Below, in pieces: positions 7,667-18,350 of a stretch of 63,950 nt of DNA; the first letter of the stretch is position 1; every line of letters starts with the position of its first letter. The notes below the pieces were generated by a model that was not told the DNA's origin, ran no database searches, and saw nothing but the letters and a program-made list of their open reading frames with translations. Made by a program: the position numbers and the translations under genes. This stretch comes from Bacteroidia bacterium (GTDB lineage Bacteria; Bacteroidota; Bacteroidia; UBA4408), in NCBI GenBank assembly GCA_014376525.1, contig JACMRI010000026.1, positions 1 through 63,950 of the forward strand. The letters are read 5' to 3'.

Positions 7667-8221
7667 ATGAACAAAATTAACTCTCTTATAGCTGTTGTGG
7701 CCGTGTGCTTTATAACAGTTGGTTTTATTAAAGTAAAATCGAACGATAATGCACCAACTTATGCAACTGGCACAGGTATTAACGTTGGAGACAAAGCCCC
7801 CGAACTAAAATTTAAAGACCCCGACGGTAAAGAAATAGCACTAAGTAGCCTCAAAGGGCAAATAGTATTAATAGATTTTTGGGCAAGCTGGTGTGGCCCA
7901 TGCCGTGCCGAAAACCCCAATGTGGTAACAGCGTACAACAAGTTTAAAGATGCTAAATTTAAAAACGCTAACGGTTTTACAATATACAACGTATCGCTAG
8001 ACAGCGACCGTAACTTATGGATGAACGCCATAAAAAAAGATAACCTTGCATGGCCCAACCACGTAAGCGATCTCAAAGGTTGGCAGAGTGCTGGAGCCGC
8101 TACTTATGGCGTAAACTCTATACCGGCTAACTTTTTAATAGATGCAAACGGGATTATTATAGCAAAACAATTACGTGGCCCATACTTAGATATGGAGTTG
8201 GAAAGACTAATTAAAAAGTAA
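7667..8221 (+). CDS. TlpA-family thiol:disulfide oxidoreductase (thioredoxin fold)
   Basis: Signal anchor, then GKEIALSSLKGQIVLIDFWASWCGPCRAENP with a WCGPC active site. Confidence 0.85.
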   Translation: MNKINSLIAVVAVCFITVGFIKVKSNDNAPTYATGTGINVGDKAPELKFKDPDGKEIALSSLKGQIVLIDFWASWCGPCRAENPNVVTAYNKFKDAKFKNANGFTIYNVSLDSDRNLWMNAIKKDNLAWPNHVSDLKGWQSAGAATYGVNSIPANFLIDANGIIIAKQLRGPYLDMELERLIKK

Positions 8222-8312
8222 TATATACACTTACAGTAATTTTCCTACCTGTATAGAGCGCAAACCAAATGTAGAAGAAGTAACCTTTAGGGCGAGGAAT
8301 AAAAATTAACAC

Positions 8313-8350
8313 AACCTTTTATCATATATTTATGATAAAAGGTTTTTTTT
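8313..8350 (+). terminator. Rho-independent terminator
   Basis: aaccttttatcata tatt tatgataaaaggtt (14-bp perfect stem) followed by a T-run. Downstream of the TlpA gene and upstream of the three-gene OM module. Confidence 0.8.
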
Positions 8351-8530
8351 GTGCCAAATACCACTTAAAAAGACCCAATCAAGATAATATACCTTTTCAA
8401 AACACAATATATTACCAAATTATAAGCATTAAATAAAAAATAATTTGCATAACCAATAAGAGTTGCTATTTTCGCAAAACGTAATTAAGTCAATTCTGTA
8501 AAATAATATTAACATATAAAGTATCAAATC

Positions 8531-11500
8531 ATGATTAAACGTTTATTAAAATTTGTAGCCGCATTTACATTACTAGCGCAGGTAGCACTTGCACAACAAG
8601 GTGCAGGAGCTATTAAGGGTCAGTTGGTGGATGATGCTAAAGAGCCAATACCATTTGCTAACGTAGTAGCAATAACCGGCGGTAATATAGTAGGGCAAGG
8701 GCAATCTGATTTTGATGGTAATTATGTAATCAAACCGTTAAAAGCAGGTACATATACTATAAAAGCTACGTGTGTAGGTTTTACAGCATTGCAAATGGAC
8801 AAGGTGGGAGTTTCTTCAGATGAAACTCGTTTCTTAAAATTAACAATGAGTAAAGGTACTGACTTAAAAGAAGTTAAAATAGTAGAATTTAAAAATCCTG
8901 CAATTAATCAAAACGGTGGAGGAACAAATACTATAGATAAAAAAGCATACCAAAACATGGCAGCCAAGGACTTAGGTTCGGTAGTAGCTACAGGTGGGGG
9001 AGTTGGTCGTTCAAATGATCGTTCGGGTGAATTAAATATACGTGGGCAACGTGGTGATGCAGCCAACATTATGATAGATGGAGAAAGAGCCATTGGTGGT
9101 AAAGGTGTCCCTCAGCGTGGTGTAGAACAAATAGACGTGGTAACTTCAGGTATTCCTGCACGTTATGGTAACGTTACAGGTGGTGTAATTAATATTACTA
9201 CAAGTGGAGCTACCCGCAAATTAGCAGGAGGTATTGAAGCAATATCATCTCAATTAACAGATGCGTACAAGTACAATTTTATTGGTGGAAATCTTACAGG
9301 GCCAATACTTAAGGCTAAAGACGCTGATGGTAACGAATTTACAAAAATTGGTTTTAGTATATCAGGAGAGGCTACTACACAAAAAGACCCTAATCCATCT
9401 ATTGCGGGTGCTACTGTAATAAGAAAAGATAAGTTCGACTCATTAAAAGCCAATCCTGTACGTCGTGTTGCTGGCTCAAGAGGTGTGTATAACGAGGCTG
9501 ATTTCTTGCGCGCACGTGATTTTCAATTTCAAAAAGCGCGCGCTAATATGCGTCAAACTAACGTTGCCCTTAATGGTAAATTAGAGTTTGCAGCCTCTAA
9601 AAACGCAACTTTTACTCTAGGAGGTAGTTATAATTATACAGATGGAAAAAACTACATTTTTGATTATTCGTTGTTGGCAAATGAAAATAATTCTCAAAAC
9701 GTAGAAACTACTTGGCGTGCTTACGCCAAAACCAATTTAAAGTTTGGACAAGTAGCTAAAACTGCCGAAGAAAAAGATAAAACTGCGCAAAACGTAACAA
9801 ATATAAACTTCGCATTTCAAGCTGGTTTTCAACGTTACACAAATAAAGATCAAGATGCTCGTTTGAAACAAAATTCTTTTGATTATGGTTACGTGGGTAA
9901 ATTTACCCCTAAGAAAGGAACGTTAATTTTCCCTGATTTTATTAAAGCTAAAGATACCATTGGTGGAGTAGCTTATGATCGTTTTTTAAGTTTAAAATTT
10001 GATTCTATAACTGAGTATGAAGCTGGCGGAGTAAACACTACTTTAGATAACTATACTAACGGAGTATATGCAGCATATAAAGATGAGCCTAGTTTTTTAA
10101 GAAACACATCTACAATTTTGGCACTCAACGGTTTAATAAATGGTACTAGACCCAACACTGTTGCTGGTTTATGGTCAAACGTGGGTCGCTCAGTAGGTGG
10201 TTATAGTATTATTGAACAAAATCGTTTTCGTGCCAACGGATCTATAAGTGCCGATGTATTTACCAATCATGCTATTGAGATTGGATTTGAATATGAGCAA
10301 AATAATAACAGAAGTTACAACTTAACAGCACTAAATTTATGGAGCCAAATGCGTCAGTTGGCAAATAAACAAATTGGAAATGGGGAGTCTTTTGATTTTA
10401 CTAAGACAGGAGGAAAAGTTATAGACAACGTAAATAAAACAACAACAAATGAGGTGTTGTATGAATATACTCCTGAGGCACAAACTAATTTTGATAAAAA
10501 TTTACGTGAGAAATTAGGAATTACTAATGATAAAGAGTTAATTTCAATTGATGCTATAGATAGAGATAAACTTTCATTAGATATGTTTAGTGCAGACGAA
10601 CTACTAAATATTAATGGAGTTGCTTTAGTTGGCTACAACGGTTTTGATCATACTGGGAAACGTACAAATACAAAATTTAACATTGATGATTTTTTTACTG
10701 AAAAAGATGCCAAAGGCAATTTAGTTCGTAACGTAGGTTCATTTCGTCCTATATATGCCGCGGGTTATATTCAAGATAAATTTGAATACAAAGATTTGCG
10801 TTTTAACATAGGTTTGCGTGTAGATTATTATAACGCTAATCAGTATGCGTTAAAAGATAATTATTCCGTATTTAATACAGTTACAGCAGGAGATGTAGTA
10901 GGCTTGGAACGTCCGAGTAACATTGGGGCCAATTTTATTCCGTATGTATCAGACGTCAACAACCCAAAAGCAAGTAATGTTATTGGTTACCGTGACCCAA
11001 GTAAAGATGTACCTACCGTATGGTACAATGCAGACGGATCGGTGTTACAAGACCCGTTTGATTTAGCAAAAAAAACAAGCGATGGTAAAATAGCTCCATT
11101 CCTTGCCGACCCTGCTAATTCTAAAAAAATTACAAAAGATTTAACATCAAGTTCTTTTACAAAATATAAGGCACAAATAAACCCAATGCCTCGTTTGAGT
11201 TTTGCATTTCCAATTTCGGACGTTGCAGGTTTCCATGCTCACTACGATGTGTTGGTACAACGCCCTGGTGCAGGTGCAAGCACTTTTAATGTGTTTGATG
11301 TATATAACTTAGAAAATGTTTCAAATGGTCAAATTGCTAACGCTAACTTAAAACCAGAACGCACTATTGATTATGAAATAGGATTTTCTCAAGTCTTAAA
11401 TGAATCAAAATCAGCAGGTTTAGAGCTAAGAGCTTTTTATAAAGAAAATAAAGATCAAGTAAATACGGTTTCTTATACTGCAGCTTATCCACGTACCTAC

Positions 11501-12268
11501 ACATCGTTCGCCAATGTAGATTTTGGTACAGTAAAAGGGCTTACCTCAACATTTAATTTACGTCGTACTGGTAATGTTGCATTAACTGCAAGTTACACGT
11601 TACAGTTTGCAAGTGGAACAGGATCAAGCGGAACTAGTGCATTTAATTTGGTTAACCTAGGGGTGCCTACTTTACGTAATCCAATTCCTTTAGATTTTGA
11701 TCAAAGACACAATTTGGTAGCTAATATTGATTATCGCTTTGCTGGTGGGAAAGATTACGACGGACCTACCTTAGGAGGTAAATGGGGTAAGAAAATATTT
11801 GGAGATTTTGGAGTAAACGTTACTTCATATTTATCAAGTGGTACACCATATACTCGCCAAAAAAATATTACTACAGACGTAAGTATTGGAGTTTCTCAAC
11901 GTTCAGCACTGGACGGAAGTTTAAACGGATCTCGTAAGCCATGGAATTATCGTTTTGATATGCGTGTAGATAAAAATATAGCATTAAGAGTTGGAAAACC
12001 AGACGCAGAAGGAATCGCTAAAGAAGTAAATGTAAATGTGTATTTACAAATATTAAACGTATTAAATAACGCAAACATTACCAATGTATATCGTGCTACA
12101 GGTTTAGCTTCAAACGACGGGTATTTAAACTCGTCAGTAGGTCAGCCTGCTATTCAAACAGCATTTGATCCAGTTTCGTACCGAGATTTATACACCGTTA
12201 AGGTAAATGATCCTGATAACTACGGCTTACCCCGTTTATTCCGTATTGGTTTAGCCTTTGATTTTTAA
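8531..12268 (+). CDS. Large TonB-dependent-receptor-like outer-membrane protein with N-terminal carboxypeptidase-regulatory-like domain
   Basis: Signal peptide. CarboxypepD_reg-like IKGQLVDD..PIPFANVVAI..SDFDGNYVIKPLKAGTYTIKATCVGF. Plug-like ELNIRGQRGDAANIMIDGE..GVEQIDVVTSGIPARYGNVTGGVINITT. C-terminal aromatic LAFDF. 1245 aa, longer than usual TBDRs; no SusD partner. Confidence 0.78.
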   Translation: MIKRLLKFVAAFTLLAQVALAQQGAGAIKGQLVDDAKEPIPFANVVAITGGNIVGQGQSDFDGNYVIKPLKAGTYTIKATCVGFTALQMDKVGVSSDETRFLKLTMSKGTDLKEVKIVEFKNPAINQNGGGTNTIDKKAYQNMAAKDLGSVVATGGGVGRSNDRSGELNIRGQRGDAANIMIDGERAIGGKGVPQRGVEQIDVVTSGIPARYGNVTGGVINITTSGATRKLAGGIEAISSQLTDAYKYNFIGGNLTGPILKAKDADGNEFTKIGFSISGEATTQKDPNPSIAGATVIRKDKFDSLKANPVRRVAGSRGVYNEADFLRARDFQFQKARANMRQTNVALNGKLEFAASKNATFTLGGSYNYTDGKNYIFDYSLLANENNSQNVETTWRAYAKTNLKFGQVAKTAEEKDKTAQNVTNINFAFQAGFQRYTNKDQDARLKQNSFDYGYVGKFTPKKGTLIFPDFIKAKDTIGGVAYDRFLSLKFDSITEYEAGGVNTTLDNYTNGVYAAYKDEPSFLRNTSTILALNGLINGTRPNTVAGLWSNVGRSVGGYSIIEQNRFRANGSISADVFTNHAIEIGFEYEQNNNRSYNLTALNLWSQMRQLANKQIGNGESFDFTKTGGKVIDNVNKTTTNEVLYEYTPEAQTNFDKNLREKLGITNDKELISIDAIDRDKLSLDMFSADELLNINGVALVGYNGFDHTGKRTNTKFNIDDFFTEKDAKGNLVRNVGSFRPIYAAGYIQDKFEYKDLRFNIGLRVDYYNANQYALKDNYSVFNTVTAGDVVGLERPSNIGANFIPYVSDVNNPKASNVIGYRDPSKDVPTVWYNADGSVLQDPFDLAKKTSDGKIAPFLADPANSKKITKDLTSSSFTKYKAQINPMPRLSFAFPISDVAGFHAHYDVLVQRPGAGASTFNVFDVYNLENVSNGQIANANLKPERTIDYEIGFSQVLNESKSAGLELRAFYKENKDQVNTVSYTAAYPRTYTSFANVDFGTVKGLTSTFNLRRTGNVALTASYTLQFASGTGSSGTSAFNLVNLGVPTLRNPIPLDFDQRHNLVANIDYRFAGGKDYDGPTLGGKWGKKIFGDFGVNVTSYLSSGTPYTRQKNITTDVSIGVSQRSALDGSLNGSRKPWNYRFDMRVDKNIALRVGKPDAEGIAKEVNVNVYLQILNVLNNANITNVYRATGLASNDGYLNSSVGQPAIQTAFDPVSYRDLYTVKVNDPDNYGLPRLFRIGLAFDF

Positions 12269-12301
12269 TTAGTACTGTAATAATAAAAACACATATAAGA
12301 C

Positions 12302-15300
12302 ATGAATACTTTATATAAATATTCTTTAGGTTTAGCGTTAGTAGTTACTTCAGTAACAGCTAAAGAAAACGTAAATCAAACAAAAACAAACACAACTAGT
12401 GGTTTATTAGGAGGGCGTTTGGCAAGCGGAGATTGTACACAAGCAACAGCAAGCGCCGACTTGGATATTAACAACGTAAGAACAAAAATTCTTACTGCAG
12501 GCGATATGTGGTGGGACCCGTTTCAAAGTATTCCAAAGTACGAAATTCCAAAAGGAAGTAAACGTAATTCATTGTTTGCAGGTTCGTTATGGATTGGTGG
12601 TTATGATGCTGCTGCTGGAGGAAACTTAAAAGTTGCCGCTATGACTTACCGTCAATCTGGAGTAGATTTTTGGCCAGGTCCATTAACCGAAAAAACAGCT
12701 GAGATATCTAAAGAACGCTGCGACCATTTTGATAAGATATTCCAAATTACCCGCACTGAAGCAGATGCAACAACTACATCTCCCAATGTATTATCATGGC
12801 CAGGAAATGGCAACGTTAATGATGCAGGTATAGTACAAAGCTCATTTGGAGAAGAAAGTACATTAGCACCTTACCGTGATGCAAACAATAATGGTATATA
12901 CGACCCAGCAGGTGGAGATAGACCTAAGTTTTTTAATCCAGCAGTAGATACTGCGGGTTGTAAATCGTGTGGTACACAAAATTCTTATGTATATGGAGAT
13001 AAAGCACTATGGTGGGTATTTAATGACAAGGGAAACACACATCAAGAGTCAAAATCAGCCTCAGCATTAGGTATAGAAATTCATGCACAAGCATTTGCAT
13101 TTACTACTGATGACGAAATTAACGATATGACTTTTTATCAGTATGAAATCATTAATCGTTCGCCATCACCATTATATCGCACTTATTTTGCGCAATGGGT
13201 AGATCCTGATTTAGGTTATGCTAATGATGACTTGGTAGGTTGCGATGTAGCGCGTGGTTTAGGTTATGTATGGAATAGTGATGATAATGACGAAGGTGCT
13301 GAGGGTTACGGAACTCAACCACCAGCGTTGGGTGTAGATTTTTTTCAAGGCCCATTGGCAGATGGTGCAGATGGTATCGACAACAATAAAGATGGAATAA
13401 TTGATGAACCTTGCGAGGAAATTATTATGAGCCGTTTTGTATATTATAACAACGACGCAAGCCCAGTAAATGGTAACCCATCTTTAACTAAAGATTTTTA
13501 TAACTATATGAATGGTTTATGGAGAGATGGTACCTCAATGAAATATCCTGATTCACAAAACGGAGCCGTGGTTACTGGTAATGGAACAACAGGGGCACAA
13601 GAGGCTAAGTATATGTTTCCTGGAAATTCAGACGCGGAACACCCTAACAATCCTTGGGAAGATGGAGGTACAGCAAGCCCGGCAAGCGACCGTCGTTTCT
13701 TACAATCTGCAGGTATATTCACTATGCAACCAGGTGCGCACAATTATATAACTACAGGTGTAGTGTGGGCCAGAGATCCTTCAGGCTCTCGTCGTAACTC
13801 GGTAAGTTTAATTAAGGCTGCTGATGATAAAGCACAACGTTTATTTGACAACTGTTTTAAAGTAGTAGATGGGCCAGCCGCACCAACTTTAGGCATACAG
13901 GAATTAAATAGAAAAATAATACTTACATTATTAAATACTAAGGTAATTGAAAACTATAATGAAAGAGATCCTGTTATAGTGCCAAGTGCAACTGTACCAC
14001 CATTGTATACGTGGGATCCTAATTATAAATTTCAAGGATATAAAATTTATCAACTACGTAGTGCGGATGTAACTGCTTCTGAGTTAGAAGATGCTAGCGT
14101 TGCTCGCTTAGCTTTTCAGTGCGATTTAAAAGATGGTATTACAGATATTACCAACTACGAATTTGACCGAACATTAGGTGGCATTGCTCCAAAAACAAGA
14201 GTAAAAGGTGGAGATAATGGTATAAAGCATTCATTTGCTTTTAGTACCGATTTATTTGCATCAGGTGCAAGTGAGTTAGTTAATCATAAAAATTATTATT
14301 TTATGGTTGTATCGTATTCGTATAATAATTTCAAACAATATAAATTGAATGTTGCGCCAGTAGTAAAATCAATTGTGATAAATGGTACAACCAAAAACTT
14401 CGACACCGACGCGCCAGCATTTAATGGTCAGGCAAAACCATACTTGCAAGGTAGAACTAACGTATCCGTTTATACAGGAATACCACATTTGCCAAATTCT
14501 GAATTTGGAGGTACCAAAACACAAGCTGATTATGGCGATGGTGTAGAAATTACTCGTTTATCGGGTCGTGGTAATGGAGGTAATGTTTTAGAATTTACAG
14601 ATGAAACCCTAGATAAAATTGTTGAAACAGGCTTCATGCAAGAACCCCTATACAAACAAGGAAAAGGACCTTTAACTGTAAAAGTAATAGACCCATTACG
14701 CGTAGTAAAAGCAGATTATACTGTAGAGTTTATGGATCCAGTACAAAATAAAAAATACGCTTGGCAAAATGTACCTTCAGGATCTCCATCATTTAGTGGT
14801 AGTTTAGCCCTGTATGGAATTTATAATTTTACAAATACAGTATGTTCAGATTCGGCATTATTTAAAGTTACTTGCTCTTTCGATACAGTAGATGCAAATG
14901 GAAACACAGCTCGTGTAACTACTGTATATACGTCAAATAAAATGCTAAGATTCAACGATGAGTATATAGTAGAAGGAAAAGGAATAGCAATAACTGTTGG
15001 TCAGGTACAAGAGCCTGGTCCTAACGGACGACATGGTTACGGAACAACAAAAGAGTTTACTTATGAAGATAATGACGGTTTTATTAGTTCAAGTATCGAG
15101 TTTGAAAATAAAAATAAGCCTTGGCTAACAGGCGTTGCAAACGTATCTAACGGTACAAGTCCTCGTTTTTGGATACGTGGAGGAACTATAAAAGGAGGTT
15201 TTCAGCAATCTATATTTGATGCAAACCCATCATCTAGTTTTCAAAATGTTGTAAATGGAACTTGGGGTCCAATGCCCTTGTGTTATATTGATGCAAAAGC

Positions 15301-16591
15301 ACCATGGACATCTCCAGCTGATAATTTATCATCAGCACAGCCAGGATTGTTTGATGTGGTTGTATCTGGGGCAGGCTTAGGTGGAGCTAATGATATGTCT
15401 AAGCTATCTCCATATCGTGCATCTACACTATCTAAGTTATCAAGTGTTACCGTAATTATAACGGCTGATAAAACAAAATGGACTCGTTGCCCAGTAATAA
15501 ATACTATGGATTATGCAAAACCATTAGTTGCAGGAATGCCCAATCGTTACAGTATTGTACGCAAACCATCGGTTGATAAAATTGGTAATGCAGCTACAGG
15601 AGGAGTTTCTACTGATCCCGAAAATGCTGGATTTGTATCGGATTACGGTATGGGTTGGTTTCCTGGTTATGCTGTAAACTTGGAAACAGGAGAACGTTTA
15701 AATATGATTTTTGGAGAAGATACAACTAACGCTGTGGATAATGGATATGACATGAAATGGAATCCAACATCGAGTATTTCGGCAGGAAGTAAGCAAGTAT
15801 GGGGTGGCCGTCACTTTGTATATGTGTTAGGAGTAAATGCCGCAGAGGGTGCACCTCGTTACCAAGGAGATTTTGGTAAATGGGCTTTTGATTTATTAAA
15901 AAAACAAGCACCAACAAACTTAGGTACGCCGTTTTCAAATATTAATTTTGCTCCCATTACCCAAGTATTGCGTGATGCAATGTGGGTAAATGTACCATTG
16001 CTAGTTAAGGGCTATAGCGTTTTAGATTGTAATGTTAAAATAAATATAAATGTAGCTAAGCCTTATGCGGTTGGTTACAATACAGTTGTAAATAATACAA
16101 GTGCAAGTAATGGTTTGGTAGTGGGCGCACCTAATAACAATTATCCGTCATACAAATTTAACACAAGCAAAATTGCTACTATTTATAACGATAAAGCAAC
16201 TGCTGAAGACGCTTTAAACTTTGTTAAGATAGTTCCAAACCCTTATTATGCGTACTCTGAATATGAGTATAGCCAAATTGATACCCGTGTAAAAATTACT
16301 AATTTACCTGATTTATGTACAGTAAGTATTTATACTACAAGTGGTATGTTGGTGCGGAAATTTGAGCGAGACGTAACTAAAGTAAAGGATTATAGCCAAG
16401 CAAACTTAAATGGAGGCTATAACAAGCTTAACAACACTAATACAGATATTGATTGGGATATTAAAAACTCGAGCGGTGTACCTATAGCAAGTGGAATGTA
16501 CATTATACATATTAAAGACAACCAAACAGGTAAAGAAAAAACGGTAAAATGGTTAGGTGTGTTGCGTCCTATTGACTTAGATAATTTTTAA
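12302..16591 (+). CDS. 1429-aa secreted protein of unknown function with T9SS type-A-CTD-like / FlgD-Ig-like C-terminal domain
   Basis: Signal peptide. One DxDxDG-type site (DGADGIDNNKDGIIDE). C-terminus VKIVPNPYYA..VKITNLPDLCTVSIYTTSGMLVRKF..WDIKNSSGVPIASGMYIIHIKDNQTGKEKTVKWLGV resembles a Por secretion tail. 33 nt after the upstream gene. Confidence 0.7.
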   Translation: MNTLYKYSLGLALVVTSVTAKENVNQTKTNTTSGLLGGRLASGDCTQATASADLDINNVRTKILTAGDMWWDPFQSIPKYEIPKGSKRNSLFAGSLWIGGYDAAAGGNLKVAAMTYRQSGVDFWPGPLTEKTAEISKERCDHFDKIFQITRTEADATTTSPNVLSWPGNGNVNDAGIVQSSFGEESTLAPYRDANNNGIYDPAGGDRPKFFNPAVDTAGCKSCGTQNSYVYGDKALWWVFNDKGNTHQESKSASALGIEIHAQAFAFTTDDEINDMTFYQYEIINRSPSPLYRTYFAQWVDPDLGYANDDLVGCDVARGLGYVWNSDDNDEGAEGYGTQPPALGVDFFQGPLADGADGIDNNKDGIIDEPCEEIIMSRFVYYNNDASPVNGNPSLTKDFYNYMNGLWRDGTSMKYPDSQNGAVVTGNGTTGAQEAKYMFPGNSDAEHPNNPWEDGGTASPASDRRFLQSAGIFTMQPGAHNYITTGVVWARDPSGSRRNSVSLIKAADDKAQRLFDNCFKVVDGPAAPTLGIQELNRKIILTLLNTKVIENYNERDPVIVPSATVPPLYTWDPNYKFQGYKIYQLRSADVTASELEDASVARLAFQCDLKDGITDITNYEFDRTLGGIAPKTRVKGGDNGIKHSFAFSTDLFASGASELVNHKNYYFMVVSYSYNNFKQYKLNVAPVVKSIVINGTTKNFDTDAPAFNGQAKPYLQGRTNVSVYTGIPHLPNSEFGGTKTQADYGDGVEITRLSGRGNGGNVLEFTDETLDKIVETGFMQEPLYKQGKGPLTVKVIDPLRVVKADYTVEFMDPVQNKKYAWQNVPSGSPSFSGSLALYGIYNFTNTVCSDSALFKVTCSFDTVDANGNTARVTTVYTSNKMLRFNDEYIVEGKGIAITVGQVQEPGPNGRHGYGTTKEFTYEDNDGFISSSIEFENKNKPWLTGVANVSNGTSPRFWIRGGTIKGGFQQSIFDANPSSSFQNVVNGTWGPMPLCYIDAKAPWTSPADNLSSAQPGLFDVVVSGAGLGGANDMSKLSPYRASTLSKLSSVTVIITADKTKWTRCPVINTMDYAKPLVAGMPNRYSIVRKPSVDKIGNAATGGVSTDPENAGFVSDYGMGWFPGYAVNLETGERLNMIFGEDTTNAVDNGYDMKWNPTSSISAGSKQVWGGRHFVYVLGVNAAEGAPRYQGDFGKWAFDLLKKQAPTNLGTPFSNINFAPITQVLRDAMWVNVPLLVKGYSVLDCNVKININVAKPYAVGYNTVVNNTSASNGLVVGAPNNNYPSYKFNTSKIATIYNDKATAEDALNFVKIVPNPYYAYSEYEYSQIDTRVKITNLPDLCTVSIYTTSGMLVRKFERDVTKVKDYSQANLNGGYNKLNNTNTDIDWDIKNSSGVPIASGMYIIHIKDNQTGKEKTVKWLGVLRPIDLDNF

Positions 16592-16634
16592 GCCTTACAC
16601 GTACTAATTTATCTTATTATAAAAGAACATAACA

Positions 16635-17708
16635 ATGAAAAACATAAAAAACATACTAGCAATAGCAATACTATCAAGTGCTACAGTAGTAACATTTGCG
16701 GGTAACGAAACACGTTCGGGACAGGCTGGTGCTACTGAATTATTGATAAACCCTTGGGCACGCTCATCGGGTTTTGGTAATGCTAACGCAAGTTTAATAA
16801 AGGGATTAGAATCGCAGTTTTTGAATGTAGCGGGTCTTGCACACGTTAAAAAAACAGAATTGATACTAACCCGTACCAATTATTTAATGGGTTCAGGTAT
16901 TAATTTTAACTCTATTGGTTTTGCACAGCATGTGGGCGAATCAGGGGTTATAGGTATGTCCATTAACTCGATGAGCTTCGGTAAAATAGAAGTTACCAAT
17001 GTAAATAATCCAGAGGGAGGTATTGGTTATTATTCGCCAAGTTTAACTCGTATTAATTTGTCGTACGCCAAAACATTTTCAAATAACATATATGGAGGTG
17101 TAAATGTTAAAATTATTAATGAAGGTATTGCTAATTTAACTGCAACAGGAGTAGCCGTTGACGCTGGTGTACAGTACCAAACTAATCTAAAAAAAGGAGG
17201 TCCAACTAATATGCACTTTGGTATATCGTTGCAAAATGTAGGGCCAACATTAAAGTTTTCGGGTGATGGTATTTCATTTAGAGGGTATGCTCCACAAAAT
17301 GGATATGTACCACCAAAAGGAAATTCGCAAACTACATTAACTGTGCAACAGCGTGTAAACGAGTTTGAGATGCCAACACTGCTTAATATATCAGCTGCTT
17401 ACGATATTGCACTTGCTGAGAAACACAGATTATCACCAAGCATTAATTTTATATCAAATTCGTTTACTAAAGATCAATTTTGTGTAGGAGCAGAGTATGC
17501 GTATAGAAACATACTAATGATACGCACTGGTTATATAGCAGAAAAAAAATCGGACACATACATTAATATCTTTAGAGGTTTTAATGCAGGCGCTACAGTA
17601 GAATTTCCATTAGGAAAAAAAGGTACAACTTTAGGTTTAGATTATTCTTTCAGAGATACTAGAGCTTACAAAGGGGTGCATTCAGTGGGATTACGTTTAA
17701 GTTTATAA
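16635..17708 (+). CDS. PorV/PorQ-family-like outer-membrane beta-barrel protein
   Basis: Signal peptide, then GQAGATELLINPWARSSGFGNANASLIKGLESQFLNVAGLA, which follows the PorV N-terminal pattern. Alternating beta-strand character throughout. 43 nt after the upstream gene; terminator follows. Confidence 0.62.
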   Translation: MKNIKNILAIAILSSATVVTFAGNETRSGQAGATELLINPWARSSGFGNANASLIKGLESQFLNVAGLAHVKKTELILTRTNYLMGSGINFNSIGFAQHVGESGVIGMSINSMSFGKIEVTNVNNPEGGIGYYSPSLTRINLSYAKTFSNNIYGGVNVKIINEGIANLTATGVAVDAGVQYQTNLKKGGPTNMHFGISLQNVGPTLKFSGDGISFRGYAPQNGYVPPKGNSQTTLTVQQRVNEFEMPTLLNISAAYDIALAEKHRLSPSINFISNSFTKDQFCVGAEYAYRNILMIRTGYIAEKKSDTYINIFRGFNAGATVEFPLGKKGTTLGLDYSFRDTRAYKGVHSVGLRLSL

Positions 17709-17745
17709 AACAATAATTAACAAAAAAAATCTAATCATACAATTA

Positions 17746-17776
17746 GAATCCCAATTAAAGTTGGGGTTCTTTTTTA
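17746..17776 (+). terminator. Rho-independent terminator
   Basis: gaatcccaa ttaaag ttggggttc followed by tttttt. Closes the 8531-17708 module. Confidence 0.7.
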
Positions 17777-17797
17777 TTTTAATTATATTATATTATC

Positions 17798-18271
17798 ATG
17801 AGTCAATACACGTATTTAACCGAAGAGGGTTTAAAAAAACTAAAAGACGATTTGCATCAGTACAAAAGTATTGAACGCCCTAAGATATCAGCACAAATAG
17901 CTGAGGCAAGAGATAAGGGAGACTTGAGCGAAAACGCAGAGTATGATGCCGCCAAAGAAGCACAAGGTTTGTTGGAGTTGAGAATTAGTAAAATGGAAAC
18001 TTTACTAGCTAACGCTCGCTTGGTAGACGAAACCAATATGGATACCTCCAAAGTATTTATACTTTCTAAAGTACGTGTAATGAATAAAACTATGAAGCGA
18101 GAGTTTTTATATACGTTGGTTGCTGAAAATGAGTCTGACCTAAAATTGTTTAAAATATCAGTAGATTCGCCTATTGGACATGGCTTATTGGGCAAAAAAG
18201 TGGGCGATGTGTTTGAAGTACCAGTGCCATCGGGCAAAATGGAATTTGAAATATTAGAAATAACACGTTAA
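17798..18271 (+). CDS. greA: Transcription elongation factor GreA
   Basis: 157 aa. LTEEGLKKLKDDL..RPKISAQIAEARDKGDLSENAEYDAAKEAQG is the canonical GreA coiled-coil signature. Confidence 0.92.
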   Translation: MSQYTYLTEEGLKKLKDDLHQYKSIERPKISAQIAEARDKGDLSENAEYDAAKEAQGLLELRISKMETLLANARLVDETNMDTSKVFILSKVRVMNKTMKREFLYTLVAENESDLKLFKISVDSPIGHGLLGKKVGDVFEVPVPSGKMEFEILEITR

Positions 18272-18350
18272 GTAAATATTCGTGGTTATTTGTTGCCAAA
18301 TTTTTAGGTGATAAATAATTTATTTTAAACGTAATTAGTAATTGATACTT

